Of a stretch of 32,000 nucleotides of DNA, positions 7,557 through 16,481 are shown piece by piece. Made by a program: the position numbers and the translations under genes. The notes beneath the pieces are model-generated. The model did no database searches and was not told the origin of the DNA. It saw only the letters and a program-made list of their open reading frames with translations. Within the stretch, counting starts at the first letter, position 1. Each line of letters opens with the position of its first letter. The stretch is from Acaryochloris marina S15 (GTDB lineage Bacteria > Cyanobacteriota > Cyanobacteriia > Thermosynechococcales > Thermosynechococcaceae), in contig NZ_CP064923.1 in assembly GCF_018336915.1 (NCBI RefSeq), forward strand, positions 3,870,001 to 3,902,000. Direction: 5' to 3'.

Positions 7557-9495
7557 CGGCTAAGGGAATATTGGCTGATTTCAGGTCAGGATCAGATAGA
7601 CTATCTTCGGCCATCGTCTTGAGCTGGAAGAATTCCACCATATTGGCGAGGTTATGGGCTAACTCTCCCATGGAAGCCGCCTGCTCTTGGGTAATGTTGG
7701 CTTGGGAGGCTGAATCTTCCGCTTCGCGGGCAATGGTTTGAGTGGCGATGAGTGTACTTTGCACCGCCTCAAAAATGTCGTCATTGGCTTGGCGGACCTC
7801 CTGTCCTGCTAAGGCGACTTGGTCAGTAGCAGCCTGCATATTGGTAAAGGCTTGTCGGGATTTACCCACCTCATCCGTAAACTTATTCACGAGCTGGTTG
7901 ATATCGCCCACATCCTGAGTAAGACCTGATGTTACGGTCTGAATTTGATCCGTTCGTTGCTGGAGCTGAGCTAGGGTCTGGTTGGTTTCAGCGGCCAAGT
8001 CATTGACTTGGCGAGAGATGGTGTCAAATTCTTTGGCAATACTGGCAAATTGGGTGGGGTCTTTTTCTTTTAAGGCCCGAGTGGAAAGCATAGAAGCATT
8101 CAAGGCCAAAACGCGAGTCAGAGAGGCGACACGTTTTTGATCTTTAGAGAACTGGGCGGCCAGATCCACAAATTCATTCAAGAGCTGGGTTCGTTTCACG
8201 ATCTGTTCGGTGCCCTCTTCCAGGGTGGAAATTCCCTGCACCATCGCGTTCATTTCCTGCTGACCGGTTTCAACGGCGGCTTTGGCTAGGTCCAGGGCGT
8301 TCTCGGTGGTGGTGGCTTGCTCCCGAGAATTGGTCGTTAGGGTGTTGACGTTTTCCATGAGCGATCGCACATCCGTAACGGACTGTGTTTGGCTTTGGGC
8401 CCGCTCATTGGTCTCAACTGCTAAGGTTTCTAGCTGTTCCGTATTATTCGAAATTTCGCTAGCAGTGGTAGAAACCACCAACATAATCCGGTGCAAAGAT
8501 TCAATTAGACGATTGAGGGTATCTGAGATCAGACCAGTGGCGCGGTCGTTGACCTGAGCTTCAATGGTCAAGTCTCCATATTCAATGGCTGAAACCACAT
8601 CCAAAATATGACCCACATCTTCTTGGAACAGCTCGCTCTCCGCTAAAATGGCTTGTTCTTGGGTAGACCGTTGTTCCAGCTGAGCTTCTAATTGCTGGTT
8701 CACCATTTGTAGATCCACTTTTGATGATTCCAAAGCAGCTTGAGATCGCTTCCGTTCTCGGATATACCCCTGAACCGCTAGAAAGACGATGTACCAAGTC
8801 AGTGCCGACACGGCCAAACTAACGAGCGCAAAGGACAAAGACCAAGTCAATCGTTGCCGATAAATACCCAACTGGGTCTGCACGTTGTTCTTAACCGTTT
8901 GCAACGTCCCCTGAATCCCATCGTTGTAGATTTTTTTCTGAGCTTCATACTCAGGACCCAGGAGTAACTTTAGGGCTTCGGGGGCTTTTTGCTGACGGAC
9001 TAACGCAAAGGCCTGTGTTTCGAAGTCCACTAACTTTTTGTTGGCTTCATCTGTTTGCCCAGGGTTCGATTGCTCGGCAACGGGGACCTGATCCAATAGG
9101 CTGCCAATGGCGATATCTAGCTGGGGTACATATTCGTTGTATCGATCTTCCCATCGCGTATTGCCGGTACTTGCTCCCATCCGTGCCGACATGGTCAGCA
9201 CTTCGTCCAAATGCACAATGGAGCCACTCAACTCTTGCAGTTCAAACTCTTTAGCAATTGTTGTTTCTAGCCCCTGATTAATCCGCCAGATATTCCAAGC
9301 AGAGGTACCTGTGAGGGCCAAACTGACTAAAACAGATGCTGAAATGGTACCAACTAAGTAATTCTGTAAGCGCTGTTGCACGCGCTGAAGCCAAGAGCCC
9401 TGATCATTTTCCTCTATGGAAACCGCTGAAGATTCAACCTGCTCGATAGGAGCATCTTCAGATAGGGGAGAAAGGGATGGGCCAGTCATCATCAT
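7540..9495 (-). CDS. Methyl-accepting chemotaxis protein (two TM helices flanking a ~190-aa periplasmic sensor, HAMP-like segment, MA signalling domain); PilJ/HmpD-like
   Basis: The 651-aa ORF has a conserved signalling hairpin region (LALNASMLSTRA) and a HAMP-like VNDRATGLISDTLNRLIESL. It is a paralog of the adjacent MCP. Confidence 0.9.
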   Translation of the reverse strand: MMMTGPSLSPLSEDAPIEQVESSAVSIEENDQGSWLQRVQQRLQNYLVGTISASVLVSLALTGTSAWNIWRINQGLETTIAKEFELQELSGSIVHLDEVLTMSARMGASTGNTRWEDRYNEYVPQLDIAIGSLLDQVPVAEQSNPGQTDEANKKLVDFETQAFALVRQQKAPEALKLLLGPEYEAQKKIYNDGIQGTLQTVKNNVQTQLGIYRQRLTWSLSFALVSLAVSALTWYIVFLAVQGYIRERKRSQAALESSKVDLQMVNQQLEAQLEQRSTQEQAILAESELFQEDVGHILDVVSAIEYGDLTIEAQVNDRATGLISDTLNRLIESLHRIMLVVSTTASEISNNTEQLETLAVETNERAQSQTQSVTDVRSLMENVNTLTTNSREQATTTENALDLAKAAVETGQQEMNAMVQGISTLEEGTEQIVKRTQLLNEFVDLAAQFSKDQKRVASLTRVLALNASMLSTRALKEKDPTQFASIAKEFDTISRQVNDLAAETNQTLAQLQQRTDQIQTVTSGLTQDVGDINQLVNKFTDEVGKSRQAFTNMQAATDQVALAGQEVRQANDDIFEAVQSTLIATQTIAREAEDSASQANITQEQAASMGELAHNLANMVEFFQLKTMAEDSLSDPDLKSANIPLAVAAES

Positions 9496-9544
9496 GTGTA
9501 CCTAGTGTCAGTGGACCAAATAATTGGGAATGGATGTCGGGAAT

Positions 9545-12013
9545 CTAAACTGCAAGTGCTGACTCGGATGAGGTGGATTCTTCAGGTTCTTCAGCAGAAA
9601 TAGAGTCTTCGGATTGTTCAGCAAGAATAGAGTCTTCGGATACGGAATCTGACGTTAACTCCTCAGATTCTCCTGCAGGAATGAACGATTCGGATGACTC
9701 AGGAAGTAGAGTTTCCTCAGATTCCTCAGCAAGCGTGAATTCGTCGAATTGCCCCATAGGAACAGATTCTTCAGATTCCAATCCAGGAGTGAATTCTTCA
9801 GAGTCTATAGCAGGAAATAGTGCCTCGGATTCTGCAGCAGGAGTGAACGCTTCAACCTCCGCAACAGGAGTGAGTTCTTCAGTTTGCCCAACAGGAACAG
9901 ATTCTTCGGATTCTTCAGTAGAAACAGATTCTTCGAATTGTTCAGCCGTCGTGAATTCCTCGGATTCCAATGCAGAAGTTAACTCTTCGAATTGGGCCTC
10001 AGAAGTGAATGCTTCCGATTCCGCGATCGGACTTAATTCTTCAAATGGTTCATCAGCCGTGAATTCTTCTGATTCCGCAATCGGTCTTAATTCTTCGGAT
10101 GGTTCATCGGCCGTAAATTCCTCAGGTTGCGGAGAGGGAGACGTTTGTAGAATGGTGAAATCTTCCTCTTCTGGCAGAGTGAAGACTTGAACTTTCCCTA
10201 ACAAGTCATCGGAAAGCAGGTTCATGGCATCTGCTAACTGTTGCGCATCATCCGACTGGCTCGCAATTTGAGTCGAGAGTTGGGCAATCGCCTCCATGGT
10301 CATTGCCGTTTGTTCCGAGGTCTGAACAATATCTTCACTGGTCTTGGCCACTGTTTCACCGGACTCTACCGCTTGCCCCGTCACCTCCTGCACCTCTTGG
10401 AACACAGATTGGGTATGTCGAACCCCTTGGGTAAAGTCATCCACCACGCCGCCTAGACGTTGCACATCGGCATCCACATCGGCCACAACACGGTGAATTT
10501 GGGCGCTTCGTTGTTCTAGAGAACCGAGTCCGTCGTTAGTTTTTTGAGCGAGTTGGCTCACCTGGTTGGCGATGGATTCAAATTCTTGAGCCACTTGAGC
10601 AAACCTCTTAGGATCGGATTGTTCCGAGGCTCTTGCTGCCACCAACGCTGCATTCAAAGCCAACATCTGAGTTTGTTCAGCAATGTCTCCTTGGTCCTGC
10701 ACAAATTGATCGGTCAAACCCACGAATTCCCCTAGGGTTTTCATCTGCTGCACGATGCGATCGCTACCCTGTTGCAGTACATCAATTTCTTCACCCAAAG
10801 AGCCAATCTCAACTTGACCTTGAGCCACAGCAGTATTGAGGGTCACCAAAGACCGATTGGTCGTCGCCAATTGCTGAGCAGCGTTGGTGGCAAAGGAGCG
10901 AACGTCATTGATCAAGCCCAATACCTGCATCACTTCTTGGGATTGCTGATCAGTGTTCCGGGCCACAACCTCGGAAATATCTTTTTGGCGGGTACTGCTA
11001 GCCGAAACTTGGCGGGACGTTGCCGAAACCTGGGTGAGAATACTGCCGAGCTCTTCAATTAAGCGGTTGAGGGTATCTGCAATTAAGCCGGTGGCTCGAT
11101 CATTCACCGTTGCTTGGATAGTAAAGTCTCCCTCTTCGACGTTGGCAACCACATCCAGTAGCTCAATAATGTCTCCTTGCAATTGGTCATTATCCTGGCG
11201 GGCCTCTTCTTCCTGCTGCTTCCGAGAATCGATCTCTTCCTGGAGTTGGCTATTCAAAACCAATTGATCGAGCTGGGATTGATTAATCTTGTCCTGGGAG
11301 TCTTGTTTATCTCGGACGTAGTCACGGACGGCAACTAAAACCAAAATCCAGCCTGCCAACAGGATGGGGAAAGCCACCAAGCCGGCAAAACCAATGGAAT
11401 TTTTGAGTTGGTTTTGAGAAGTCTCTAGCTGTTGGTCAATAAAGATCTCAATGCGTTTCGTGACCTGTCGATTGCCTTCTGTATATTGGGCTTTAAGGAG
11501 TTCGTATTCTTCCCCTGCCAGTAGTTTTTGTGCATCTTCCGCCTTGTTAGCCTTGACCAGTCCAAACGCCTGCTCTTCCAGTTCAATCAGCCGTTTGTTG
11601 GCTGCATCCGTTTTACTCGCATCGGCCCGGATGTCCTCAGTAACATTGTCAAAGGTTTGAGCGATGGCTTGATCCAATAAAGGAACATGTTGCTCGTAGC
11701 GTTGTAGCCATACCAAATCCCCCGTGCTAGCGGCCATGCGCGCCGACATGGTGAGCACTTCATCGAAATAGGTAATTTCCCCAGTATGCTTTTGCAGCTT
11801 AAGTTCGCGTTCAGCAATCTGTTCTAGGTTGCGTGAACTATTCCAGATACTAACCCCACAGCCTGCTGTCACTAATAGGCTAGTGGCAACAGATATGGAA
11901 AGGGTTGCCACTAAGTTCTTTCTAACAAACTGTTTAGCGTGGTGTAAGGGAGAGTAATACTGGATCGAGAAGGCTTGATCCGAGATGCTGGGCTGAAGTT
12001 GATCAGAGTTCAT
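9545..12013 (-). CDS. Methyl-accepting chemotaxis protein with a 192-aa acidic tandem-repeat C-terminal tail; PilJ/HmpD-like
   Basis: The 822-aa ORF has the same architecture as 7540..9495 (DEVLTMSARMAASTG sensor motif, VNDRATGLIADTLNRLIEEL, MLALNAALVAARA). It also carries a C-terminal EEFT-repeat extension. Confidence 0.9.
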   Translation of the reverse strand: MNSDQLQPSISDQAFSIQYYSPLHHAKQFVRKNLVATLSISVATSLLVTAGCGVSIWNSSRNLEQIAERELKLQKHTGEITYFDEVLTMSARMAASTGDLVWLQRYEQHVPLLDQAIAQTFDNVTEDIRADASKTDAANKRLIELEEQAFGLVKANKAEDAQKLLAGEEYELLKAQYTEGNRQVTKRIEIFIDQQLETSQNQLKNSIGFAGLVAFPILLAGWILVLVAVRDYVRDKQDSQDKINQSQLDQLVLNSQLQEEIDSRKQQEEEARQDNDQLQGDIIELLDVVANVEEGDFTIQATVNDRATGLIADTLNRLIEELGSILTQVSATSRQVSASSTRQKDISEVVARNTDQQSQEVMQVLGLINDVRSFATNAAQQLATTNRSLVTLNTAVAQGQVEIGSLGEEIDVLQQGSDRIVQQMKTLGEFVGLTDQFVQDQGDIAEQTQMLALNAALVAARASEQSDPKRFAQVAQEFESIANQVSQLAQKTNDGLGSLEQRSAQIHRVVADVDADVQRLGGVVDDFTQGVRHTQSVFQEVQEVTGQAVESGETVAKTSEDIVQTSEQTAMTMEAIAQLSTQIASQSDDAQQLADAMNLLSDDLLGKVQVFTLPEEEDFTILQTSPSPQPEEFTADEPSEELRPIAESEEFTADEPFEELSPIAESEAFTSEAQFEELTSALESEEFTTAEQFEESVSTEESEESVPVGQTEELTPVAEVEAFTPAAESEALFPAIDSEEFTPGLESEESVPMGQFDEFTLAEESEETLLPESSESFIPAGESEELTSDSVSEDSILAEQSEDSISAEEPEESTSSESALAV
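9584..10123 (-). repeat. About 10 degenerate 54-bp (18-codon) tandem repeats inside the MCP coding region
   Basis: Protein units are EEFTADEPSEELRPIAES / EEFTADEPFEELSPIAES / EAFTSEAQFEELTSALES / EEFTTAEQFEESVSTEES / EESVPVGQTEELTPVAEV / EAFTPAAESEALFPAIDS / EEFTPGLESEESVPMGQFD / EFTLAEESEETLLPESS / ESFIPAGESEELTSDSVS / EDSILAEQSEDSISAEEP. The DNA shows recurring gaattcttc(a/g)gattc strings. Confidence 0.85.
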
Positions 12014-12124
12014 AAGCGCAAACTGATTACAGTACGTGAAAGGCCATCAAATAAGACAGCACAATCTGTCTTTTGGGTGTATCGGGAATCCACATTAGAA
12101 AAATTTTGGGCTAAGAAACGCCCC

Positions 12125-12595
12125 CTAACCTTGAGGATGCCACAAGTCTGAGGGAAACCAACCAGACTGGAATAGAACCTTGGAGTCCGTGTCTGGAGGG
12201 TGGAGCGCTTGCGTGGTTAGAACGGTTGGAGGGAGTTCTTCTTTGCTGGCACTGCCGAGGGCCTTATCAACAATAATTCCCATATTGGCTAACCTTTCTG
12301 CTTCATGACTTAACTGAAGTACGGTGACGGTTTCGCGCAGGGTGTTTTCTGTTGTCTGCAACACTTGATGAGCTGAGGTCAAGGGAATAATTTGACTGTT
12401 GTGATGAGTAACGCCGACCAATGGAGATTGATAAAAAGGCAGATCTAGAATTCTAGATCTTTGAACTCTAAAAATTTCAGCGACCCAACGGGCGGGGAAA
12501 ACCAACACCCATGAACCAACCTGAGTGAGGATGTACCTCTCTTTAATGGAAGTCGAAGAGTAGACGATGGGTTCGGTTGTTGCGGTAGCTGACAT
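12125..12595 (-). CDS. CheW-like coupling protein (PilI/HmpC/PixI class)
   Basis: The 156-aa single CheW-like domain sits between the CheY and MCP genes in the same operon. Confidence 0.85.
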   Translation of the reverse strand: MSATATTEPIVYSSTSIKERYILTQVGSWVLVFPARWVAEIFRVQRSRILDLPFYQSPLVGVTHHNSQIIPLTSAHQVLQTTENTLRETVTVLQLSHEAERLANMGIIVDKALGSASKEELPPTVLTTQALHPPDTDSKVLFQSGWFPSDLWHPQG

Positions 12596-12606
12596 CTATA
12601 CCTCCA

Positions 12607-12969
12607 TTACGAACTAACGCGCTGTAAGATTTCTTCAATCGTTTCGTTGGTGACAGGCTTGGTGAGATAATCATTAGCCCCAGCCCGCTTAATGCCATAG
12701 TTCACTTCTAATGGCGTTTTCTTACTGGAACAGAACACCACATATTGGTCGGCAGTCGGGGGGTTAAGCCGGAGAGAACGAAGAAATTTGTAGCCGTCCT
12801 GTCCAGGCATGACAACGTCCAGAAAAACGAGGTTGTAGTTTCCCGTCTCAATTCGAGGTAGGGCATTCTCAGTGCCATCACATTCATCCACTTCATGGCC
12901 TAGATTTTGCAACATTGTGACCAATGCCAATCGATCTACAGAACTGTCATCAATGACTAATAAACGCAT
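12607..12969 (-). CDS. Single-domain CheY-like response regulator (PilH/HmpB/PixH class)
   Basis: The 120-aa receiver has MRLLVIDDS, phospho-acceptor context LVFLDVVMPGQDG, and conserved K in DYLTKPV. Confidence 0.9.
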   Translation of the reverse strand: MRLLVIDDSSVDRLALVTMLQNLGHEVDECDGTENALPRIETGNYNLVFLDVVMPGQDGYKFLRSLRLNPPTADQYVVFCSSKKTPLEVNYGIKRAGANDYLTKPVTNETIEEILQRVSS

Positions 12970-13027
12970 CTTCCTAACTCCAAAAAACTTGCTTAGTTAA
13001 TAACTCGCTGGGTAAAGTGGTGTGTTC

Positions 13028-14209
13028 TTAAGCGCCCACGATCATAGATGGACCAAAGACTAATGCATAGATCAATTCCTGCAATTGCAGTTGGAACTGA
13101 TTGATTTCTGTCGATGCCAAGGGTTTCGTCAAGAATTCGCAACCACTCCATTGGGCCCGCCATTTATTAGATAGCTTTTGTTCCCCCGTTAAAATGACCA
13201 GCGGAATTGCCGCTAAACTAGGCTGTTGCCGAATTTCCTTCACTAATTCGAAACCCGTAATTCCGGGCATATTGATATCAATAAAAACAATACCAGGCTT
13301 GACTTGAGCGATTTGTTGTAGGGCGATTTCAGCTTGTTGACAAACTTCAACCTGGTAACCAAGGGCTCCCACCAGACTGTGAAATTGCTTCAGCACTAAA
13401 GGTGAGTCATCGATAATCATCACCTTAGTGGATTGAGTCTGTGGCAAGGGCTTTAGGTGCAGCAACTCTGCCCGCACCCATTTGGCAAATAGTCTGGCAA
13501 CTTCTAGGGGATCTTTCGCCAGACCAATGGCAATCTTATTGAGGGGGCGCTGGTGCTGAACCACTTTTTCAATCCACTGTCTTTGGGATTGAGGTAAGTT
13601 TGCGGCTTCCAGGACCTGAGGATCTAGCACAGGCAACATCTGCATCGAAGGGATAATAGGTCGTAACTGTTGCCATAAGACTTGGCGTTTCTGAGCTTCA
13701 TCCAACAGCCCAGCCATCGAAAAACCAGGGACTGGAATAAGGTCTCGCAGTTGCGTACTGGGGATGAACGACGCTTCGCCAGCACCAAAGGTTAAAAACG
13801 CGTCGAAGTCATTGAGTATTTTCAATCGCAACGCTTGTTGAATCTGTTCTGGCGTAATCCCCAGCTGCAACATATGCTCATACATGGCATGGGCAGTAAT
13901 CTTCTGCTCTTTGAGGGCAGACTGCCAACGGGCGACATGGGGCTTGAGAGAGTCCTGTCGAGTCTGCAAAATATAGCGTTTTGCAGTCTGTAGGAGTTCA
14001 CGACTATTCCAAGGGCGATAGCCGGAGTAGCTAATGGTTCCTGCATCCGTAATGCCCAGATAGCCGAAGGTATTCTCTTTCCGATTCGCCAAGCGGGAAA
14101 ACTGTATCTTCCAATGTCCGTCACTGTGAACAAGTGCGGGATCTAGTAATTTCGTTGGCAGTTCTTGGGACTGAAAAGAAAATTGCTGAGTTTGTTCTAA
14201 AGTCTGCAT
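13028..14209 (-). CDS. PatA-type response regulator (N-terminal PATAN-like domain plus C-terminal receiver; PilG/HmpA/PixG class)
   Basis: In the 393-aa ORF the C-terminal ~120 aa is a receiver (VMIIDDSPLV...FIDINMPGITG...FLTKPL) and the long N-terminal domain is typical of cyanobacterial PatA-subfamily regulators. It is the first gene of the operon. Confidence 0.8.
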   Translation of the reverse strand: MQTLEQTQQFSFQSQELPTKLLDPALVHSDGHWKIQFSRLANRKENTFGYLGITDAGTISYSGYRPWNSRELLQTAKRYILQTRQDSLKPHVARWQSALKEQKITAHAMYEHMLQLGITPEQIQQALRLKILNDFDAFLTFGAGEASFIPSTQLRDLIPVPGFSMAGLLDEAQKRQVLWQQLRPIIPSMQMLPVLDPQVLEAANLPQSQRQWIEKVVQHQRPLNKIAIGLAKDPLEVARLFAKWVRAELLHLKPLPQTQSTKVMIIDDSPLVLKQFHSLVGALGYQVEVCQQAEIALQQIAQVKPGIVFIDINMPGITGFELVKEIRQQPSLAAIPLVILTGEQKLSNKWRAQWSGCEFLTKPLASTEINQFQLQLQELIYALVFGPSMIVGA

Positions 14210-14618
14210 TTTAGTGGTTCTGCAACAAGATCATTGACAACCAAAAGATCTTGGATGAAATCACTCTTTAAGTTGAAATCAACCCTCAACTTAGAGAATG
14301 TTCTTCTGAGAATCTATTGCCTGTAGCTCATCCTTACAGCCCTAGTGTTCCCCAATTAACCCATATTTCTGGCAGGAAGAAATTCTCTGTTTCGAAATAG
14401 GACTCTTTTGGATTGTTGATGTGAGTCAATCCCCCTACTTCCCCCAGTTAGCGCTAGTCTATTGAAGTAATGACCTCATTAAGCTTTAGTGGCTGAATAA
14501 TAGACTGATTTTGAAAGCTTTTCACCTTATGTACCCAGAAATAGCTCATAAGAGATGGAAAGAATCTAACCCAGCTTATTAGCCAAAATGATGGAACTTT
14601 TAGAGAAATTCCTAGCAT

Positions 14619-16379
14619 TTAGAGACTTTTCACGCATTCCTTAAAGGTTATTCTCCTCCATTGGGTATCATTCTGGCAATCACAGGAGACTTCTAATATC
14701 CGTAAGCCGCTTTCTGGCAAGGGTTTTAAGGCTTGTTGCAAGTGTGCCCAAGACTCAATCCGTTCCCACGCAACCTGATAAGTTGCTGCTAGATGCTCAA
14801 AATCTATCTGTTGGGGGGTACGGAAAAATTGCTCAAATGGGGGTTCAAATGCTGAGATCGGTAGCATTTGAAAAATACCCCCGCCACCGTTGTTAACAAG
14901 AATAATCGTCAAATGGCCTTGCCAGTGGTTTCGCAACAAAAAGCCGTTGGTGTCATGGAGCAACGCTAAATCCCCTGTCAACAGGACACTACTTTTTTGA
15001 CGATGGGACATCCCTAGAGCTGTAGATAAGGTGCCATCAATACCGTTGGCCCCCCGATTGAAGTAGGGCTGCATATGCAGGGACCCCGGCTGCCAAAAAG
15101 ATTCCATGTCTCGAACTGGCATACTATTGGCAATAAATAATGGGGTGTTGGGGGGAAGGACTTGAGAGAGTAACCAGGCGATTTTACTTTCTGTCAGCTC
15201 TGCTTGTGTCTGCATGGTTTGATTGATCAGCGTTCGTACAGATTGATCGACGCTTAACCAAGATTTTGCATATTCCGTGGGCTGCTGGAAGTTTTCTTTC
15301 TTGAATGCTGGGATAGATGCGATTAACCCTTCCACAGAAACGCGCACAGGAATAGAGAGACCATGCAGTGGATCCACATTGTGATCAGTGGCGTCTATGC
15401 TCCAGGTTTGGGAACGACCCTGGGTAAGCCATGTCCTCAAGACTTTACTAGTCGGTAATTCTCCGATGCAAATCACTTGTTGCGGTCGGAACTGATTGGC
15501 AACGGTCTGGTTGCGCAATAACAAGTCATAGGTTGAAATGAGCAAAGAATTACAGTCTGCCCAATTGCGCAGGGGGGATAGACCTTCCGCTAACACAGGC
15601 CAACCTAGTGTTTGAGCGAGTTGGGCGATTGCTACACAGTATTGTTCTGGATCGTTGGGTTGGGCTGGCCCTGCAATGATAATGCCGCGATCGCAGCTGA
15701 GCCATTTGTGCAAATAGGTGTTGATGGTCTGAAGATTGAGCGAAGTCTGAATAGAGGGCAAGGGGTGGGCAGCAGAAAAAAATTGATCAACGTCAAAGTT
15801 TTCAGATAGACTTTCCGTCTCAGGGTCAGAGATCGGGGCCAGCGGATCCCGAAAAGGAACATTTAGATGAACAGGACCGGGGACGGGCCACTGTGATTGC
15901 TCCCAGGCATAAAGGCAAGTTTGTCGTAAATAGGCCAGCAGGTCAGGATTTGAGCTGGGTAACGCTAACTCGACTTGCCACCGCGGGTACTGGCCGTAGA
16001 GCTTGACTTGATCAATGGCTTGCCCGGCATGACAGTGGCGTAATTCTGGGGGTCGATCCGCCGTGAGCAGCAGTAACGGCACCCGGCTAGCTTCTGCTTC
16101 AATCACGGCTGGATAGAAATTGGCCCCGGCGGTCCCAGAGGTGCACACTAATACGACAGGTAAGCCTGAACGACGGGCAATCCCTAATCCAAAAAAAGCT
16201 GCTGAACGTTCATCTAGTACTGGAATGGCTTCAATTTTAGGATGTTGGGCAAAGGCAATGGCTAAAGGCCCTGACCGTGACCCAGGACAAATGATGGCAG
16301 TCGTTAACCCCAATCGACTGAGGGTTTCCGCGATAATCGATGACCACAACATATTGACATTGCGAAAATCTAGGGTCAT
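14619..16379 (-). CDS. menD: 2-succinyl-5-enolpyruvyl-6-hydroxy-3-cyclohexene-1-carboxylate (SEPHCHC) synthase
   Basis: The 586-aa ThDP enzyme has a MenD-typical N-terminus (NMLWSSIIAETLSRLGL...ICPGSRSGPLA...LDERSAAFFGLG...TSGTAGANFYPAVIEA) and lies directly downstream of menF. Confidence 0.9.
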   Translation of the reverse strand: MTLDFRNVNMLWSSIIAETLSRLGLTTAIICPGSRSGPLAIAFAQHPKIEAIPVLDERSAAFFGLGIARRSGLPVVLVCTSGTAGANFYPAVIEAEASRVPLLLLTADRPPELRHCHAGQAIDQVKLYGQYPRWQVELALPSSNPDLLAYLRQTCLYAWEQSQWPVPGPVHLNVPFRDPLAPISDPETESLSENFDVDQFFSAAHPLPSIQTSLNLQTINTYLHKWLSCDRGIIIAGPAQPNDPEQYCVAIAQLAQTLGWPVLAEGLSPLRNWADCNSLLISTYDLLLRNQTVANQFRPQQVICIGELPTSKVLRTWLTQGRSQTWSIDATDHNVDPLHGLSIPVRVSVEGLIASIPAFKKENFQQPTEYAKSWLSVDQSVRTLINQTMQTQAELTESKIAWLLSQVLPPNTPLFIANSMPVRDMESFWQPGSLHMQPYFNRGANGIDGTLSTALGMSHRQKSSVLLTGDLALLHDTNGFLLRNHWQGHLTIILVNNGGGGIFQMLPISAFEPPFEQFFRTPQQIDFEHLAATYQVAWERIESWAHLQQALKPLPESGLRILEVSCDCQNDTQWRRITFKECVKSL

Positions 16380-16481
16380 CGTCCTCGCGTCACAAACGTT
16401 TGATTTAAATGGAAGGGGCTGTTGGGTTGGCGGGAAGGAATGGACGGTAGCCGCTTTTTCTCCCGAGCACAGGGTATCTCC

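Noticed and set aside
9584-10123. Possible CRISPR-like array suggested by regularly spaced repeats
   Set aside because: The repeats are contiguous with no unique spacers, degenerate, of 54-bp period, in frame and inside a long MCP ORF. This is a coding tandem repeat, not CRISPR.
9573-10190. 205-aa Ser-rich ORF on the plus strand
   Set aside because: It is the antisense reading of the acidic GAA/GAG-rich tandem repeats in the MCP tail. Its low-complexity composition mirrors the sense frame, and it has no independent start context.
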